NCBI GenBank assembly: GCA_021613535.1
Contig: CP075496.1
Span: forward strand, 9,796,001 to 9,860,000
Direction of reading: 5' to 3'
DNA length: 64,000 nt
Source: Adineta vaga
Lineage: Eukaryota > Animalia > Rotifera
Part shown: piece after piece, positions 60,788 through 64,000 of the stretch
Layout of the letters: every line of letters begins with the position of its first letter
How positions within the stretch are numbered: position 1 is the first letter of the stretch
Program-made: the position numbers and the translations under genes
Notes under the pieces: model-generated
The model's database searches: none
What the model was told of the DNA's origin: nothing
Seen by the model: the letters and a program-made list of their open reading frames with translations, nothing else

Positions 60788-61924
60788 ATGGTTCGTCAAT
60801 CAGTACTTTTTATCATCGGTTTGCTTGTAACGATCAATCGTTTCACACAAGCAAAAGTGGTAGCAGACCTCGCCGTACTAGATCAAGGAGAAATTAAACC
60901 AATTGAACCACGAACTGATGCACCGCTGCCAGCTGACCGCTATCTTACATGCAGTTATGTCGGAGATCCTCATCTCCTTCCATTCTCACAACCATACAGT
61001 CAGTATTGGTGTAAAAATGAAGGCTGGGAATTACTTCTCAGTAATCAATATGTCTCACTATACGTCCTAGTACATAGCAGCAGTACTTATCAGATCCATG
61101 ATGTAAATAGATATATCTCTAACGCTTGATATTCAGTCTTTCTTTCAATTTTTTAACAGTATATGTTGATCTTTCCTGAGCCAACAGCGTGCACTACAGG
61201 TAGTTCTTCGAATCCATTACCATGCCAAGGCTCTGGTAGTCCGATTACCTCTCTACAAAATGGAAATTCATATACACACTTTCATAGGACACAAGATCTT
61301 ATCATCAAAATTGATCCTTCCGTAAAAAGCATTCAAACACATCTTTTATTTTATATCAAAATACTTTTGTAATTATTACAGGGATCTTACTATAATATCT
61401 ATATATGGCAATCACCTAAACTCGTTGCAGAATCTTGTGGTGTGTGCATAAAATGGAATTGTGAGCGAGAAGGATTATGGATGACACCTAACCCTGTTGT
61501 TCCAAAACTCTGTGATCTTTATATCAACGCAGCGCGTGAACGTGCAGCGGCTGCTGTCGATAAGCGTGTGATTGATGTAGCTCGCACTCAATGTATCAAT
61601 GATATGCAATCAACATTCGATGTTCATCAGGTATGAAACAATTTTTCCTAGATACCTAACTAATTCAATTGACATGTTTAGGCTGTTCAACCAGCTATAG
61701 CTCTTGTGTTACAAGACGGTATCAAAGAACTTATCAACGGAGGTAAAGACCAACAATCAGCGTTTGAAAAAATCGAATCAGTGAAGGAAGAAGTATTCAA
61801 AGCTGCTGAAGCAACAAGCAATGAATTACTTGCTAATTCTGGATCCATTTGTAACGACTCGAAGAAATGTCTCGTTGCATTCAATAGTGATGCAACTGCT
61901 AAACTTGCCGTCAAAAAGAAATAA
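60788..61924 (+). CDS. Secreted GDPH-motif (VWD/RGM-like) protein, 4 exons
   Basis: Signal peptide, CSYVGDPHLLPF, SCGVC..C, C..AR..CIND and a helical C-terminus. GT-AG introns join the four ORFs. Confidence 0.7.
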
Positions 61925-62135
61925 CAGAAACACACCAGAAACATTTTATAATTCTGCTTTCTTCTTTATATTCTTGATATTAGCTTGTAACTAACATTTA
62001 CTTTTATATGTTCCTGACTAACAACAAAGAAAAAATAATAATAATAAAACTATCAATGAAAATCATTTTCACTCTTTAAATATTCATGTATCATGATATA
62101 TTCAAGCTAAAGGATCTTTCTAAGTTTGTTCAAAT

Positions 62136-63080
62136 TTAATTATAATGAAATGTTCGTCTTGTTTGCGATTGACAGCATATTAATTTTTTCAATGCTTTTA
62201 TGAATTGTTTTCGAAATACATTTGATGAACAAATATAAATGAAGAAACTTGAATAATTACTCCAGAAAAGCATCTGAACAATATCATGCACTAAGTTCTC
62301 TTTAGCTTGAATTATCAATGATTTCTGTTGTGTTTTTGTTAGAACTAAATAACATTTAAATATACCATAAGGTAATGAAGTCAATGTTGATTTAATTGAT
62401 TGATATATGAACATTAACGTTAATTGTTCATTAATTCGACGAAGAGAAAATGATTTTGTCTGTGAACGTTGATAGAGACAATACGCATTTTTATATGTAA
62501 GAAATCCAAAAATCATCATAAGAAATGAAGGAATAATACTATTAAACAAACAAATATATACTAATTGTACAAACATATCAAATGAATATTGACATGAATG
62601 TGAACAGAAGAAAATCGGAATAGATATTACTGTCCAAAAACCTATGGTTGATATTATATTGCGAATAATATTACGATGACTACCGTGTCTCCATCGTGAA
62701 TTATTTTTTGAACTTAAAATATATCGAAGCATAATAGCTAATGTAAGTAATGTTGCTGAAATAGTAGATAATACATATACAAGATAAGTTTTAATTTTGA
62801 AAAAAAGAAGAGTTGTAATAATCCGATAGTAATGAAAACCATACTGTAGAATATATGGTAATAAACCAAGATTTAAATGCATAAAATCACAAACTGATGC
62901 AATCAGAAGATAAAGTGAACATGCCCGACGATTATAGATCGATTGAGAAAACATTAACATGTTCATCAGAGTTCCATATATACATATTAAATATGATAAA
63001 CTACCACCATATTTAGCAAGTTGTTGGGATAGAAATGAATATTTTTCTATTAAATTGTAATCAGTTAGATTTGTCGTCAT
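62136..63080 (-). CDS. Rhodopsin-like GPCR, divergent (short ECL2)
   Basis: GTLMN, CSLYLL..D, MLRY, IIP..M..FG and SFFIYICSSNVFR. Confidence 0.78.
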   Translation of the reverse strand: MTTNLTDYNLIEKYSFLSQQLAKYGGSLSYLICIYGTLMNMLMFSQSIYNRRACSLYLLIASVCDFMHLNLGLLPYILQYGFHYYRIITTLLFFKIKTYLVYVLSTISATLLTLAIMLRYILSSKNNSRWRHGSHRNIIRNIISTIGFWTVISIPIFFCSHSCQYSFDMFVQLVYICLFNSIIPSFLMMIFGFLTYKNAYCLYQRSQTKSFSLRRINEQLTLMFIYQSIKSTLTSLPYGIFKCYLVLTKTQQKSLIIQAKENLVHDIVQMLFWSNYSSFFIYICSSNVFRKQFIKALKKLICCQSQTRRTFHYN

Positions 63081-63849
63081 CTTGTCACACAGATGACGAG
63101 AAAGACAAGATAAATGATAATTGTGTCTAGATTATAGTTCTCTTCCTTTTGTCTCATCTGATGAAGAGTGACAAGAATCTTGGAAAAAAATCTGTACTTT
63201 ATTATTAGAAAAGAAAAATTATCTTAGAAAGAATTCCGGAGTGATAATTGAAGGTCGAACAAAAGCTTTCTAAAGAGAGTATACAAAGGATATACACTAT
63301 AGTTTAAATATCTCATCTTACATGAATTATAGAAGTTTGTTGTTCATTTAAAAAATGGCAGCAAATAATAAAATAAAGTTGGACCCGTTGAAGCTGAAAT
63401 AGATGACAAGTGCGTATTGATGCATATTCTTTAAAAAGACTGAAAATAACTTGTCCTCTAAAATAATCTTTTCTTAGCATATAAAGCTAAATTGTTAAAT
63501 TCATAGAAATCTTCGGTTTTGAAATATATATTTTTTGAATAGAATTTTTCATAAATACTAAAGACACCCTCGAAATTCATTGCAAGAGTGCCTTTCTTAG
63601 CAAAAAAGATTCTTTGTTATTTCTCCATATGGCCATAATAGAAGAACCGTGTTATATCGTAGAAAGATCAAAAAGACCTTAATAATATGAATCAGACTTA
63701 ATACGCATGTGTTTTTCTTTGCACACATACATAAAAAAAACATTTATTTTGACTCATGCAACGAAAGAAACCATACTATATCGCTGTTGATTATAAATAA
63801 CACATTTTTTTCATCTGTTAAATGCGTTATTTTTCTTCAAGTAGAAAGC

Positions 63850-64000
63850 ATGGATTTTGAATCATTAGTCAATGAACTTCTACTGGATTTATTTGAATAT
63901 TTCGATGGTATTAGTCTACTTCGTGCATTCTATGGTCTTAATTCTCGTTTGAATCAACTTCTTTTCCGTCATTTTCGTAGATATTATTTCGATTTTCGAT
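63850..64000 (+). CDS. F-box-like protein, N-terminus (runs off the window)
   Basis: MDFESLVNELLLDLFEYFDGISLLRAFYGLNSRLNQLLFRHFRRYYFDFR, open to the window edge. Confidence 0.75.
   Translation, partial: MDFESLVNELLLDLFEYFDGISLLRAFYGLNSRLNQLLFRHFRRYYFDFR

Noticed and set aside
63140-63190. CTGATGA...GAAA resembling a hammerhead ribozyme core
   Set aside because: Stem II does not abut GAAA and I could not build stems I and III. The similar CTGACGA hairpin near 43896 lacks GAAA.

Overview
AT-rich, intron-containing eukaryotic DNA. The gene families present (single-exon rhodopsin-like GPCRs, ART-TPR, NHL, FG-GAP, F-box, B-box/SPRY-like, and several bacterial-type enzymes) and the ~50-60 nt GT-AG introns point to a bdelloid rotifer (inference). 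About 25 host genes flank a ~13.4 kb transposon block (35964-49337). That block holds (i) a Sola2-type DNA transposon with ~810 bp TIRs, an AATT TSD and a 9-exon transposase that splices into one open frame; (ii) a 1.1 kb non-autonomous relative with a TATT TSD; and (iii) a 4.9 kb minus-strand Helitron shell (TC...CTAG in an A|T site) filled with MULE, RTE and MITE fragments. All coding fragments in the shell are antisense to it, and it ends 167 bp upstream of an IAP gene. Probable foreign-origin genes are an intact intronless T4 Rnl2-family RNA ligase, an antigen-85-like secreted esterase, a YfaP/DUF2135-like domain, and an intron-bearing pseudogene of a microbial short-chain dehydrogenase that the ORF track misses. 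All calls come from reading motifs by eye and no searches were run; exon boundaries are manual.
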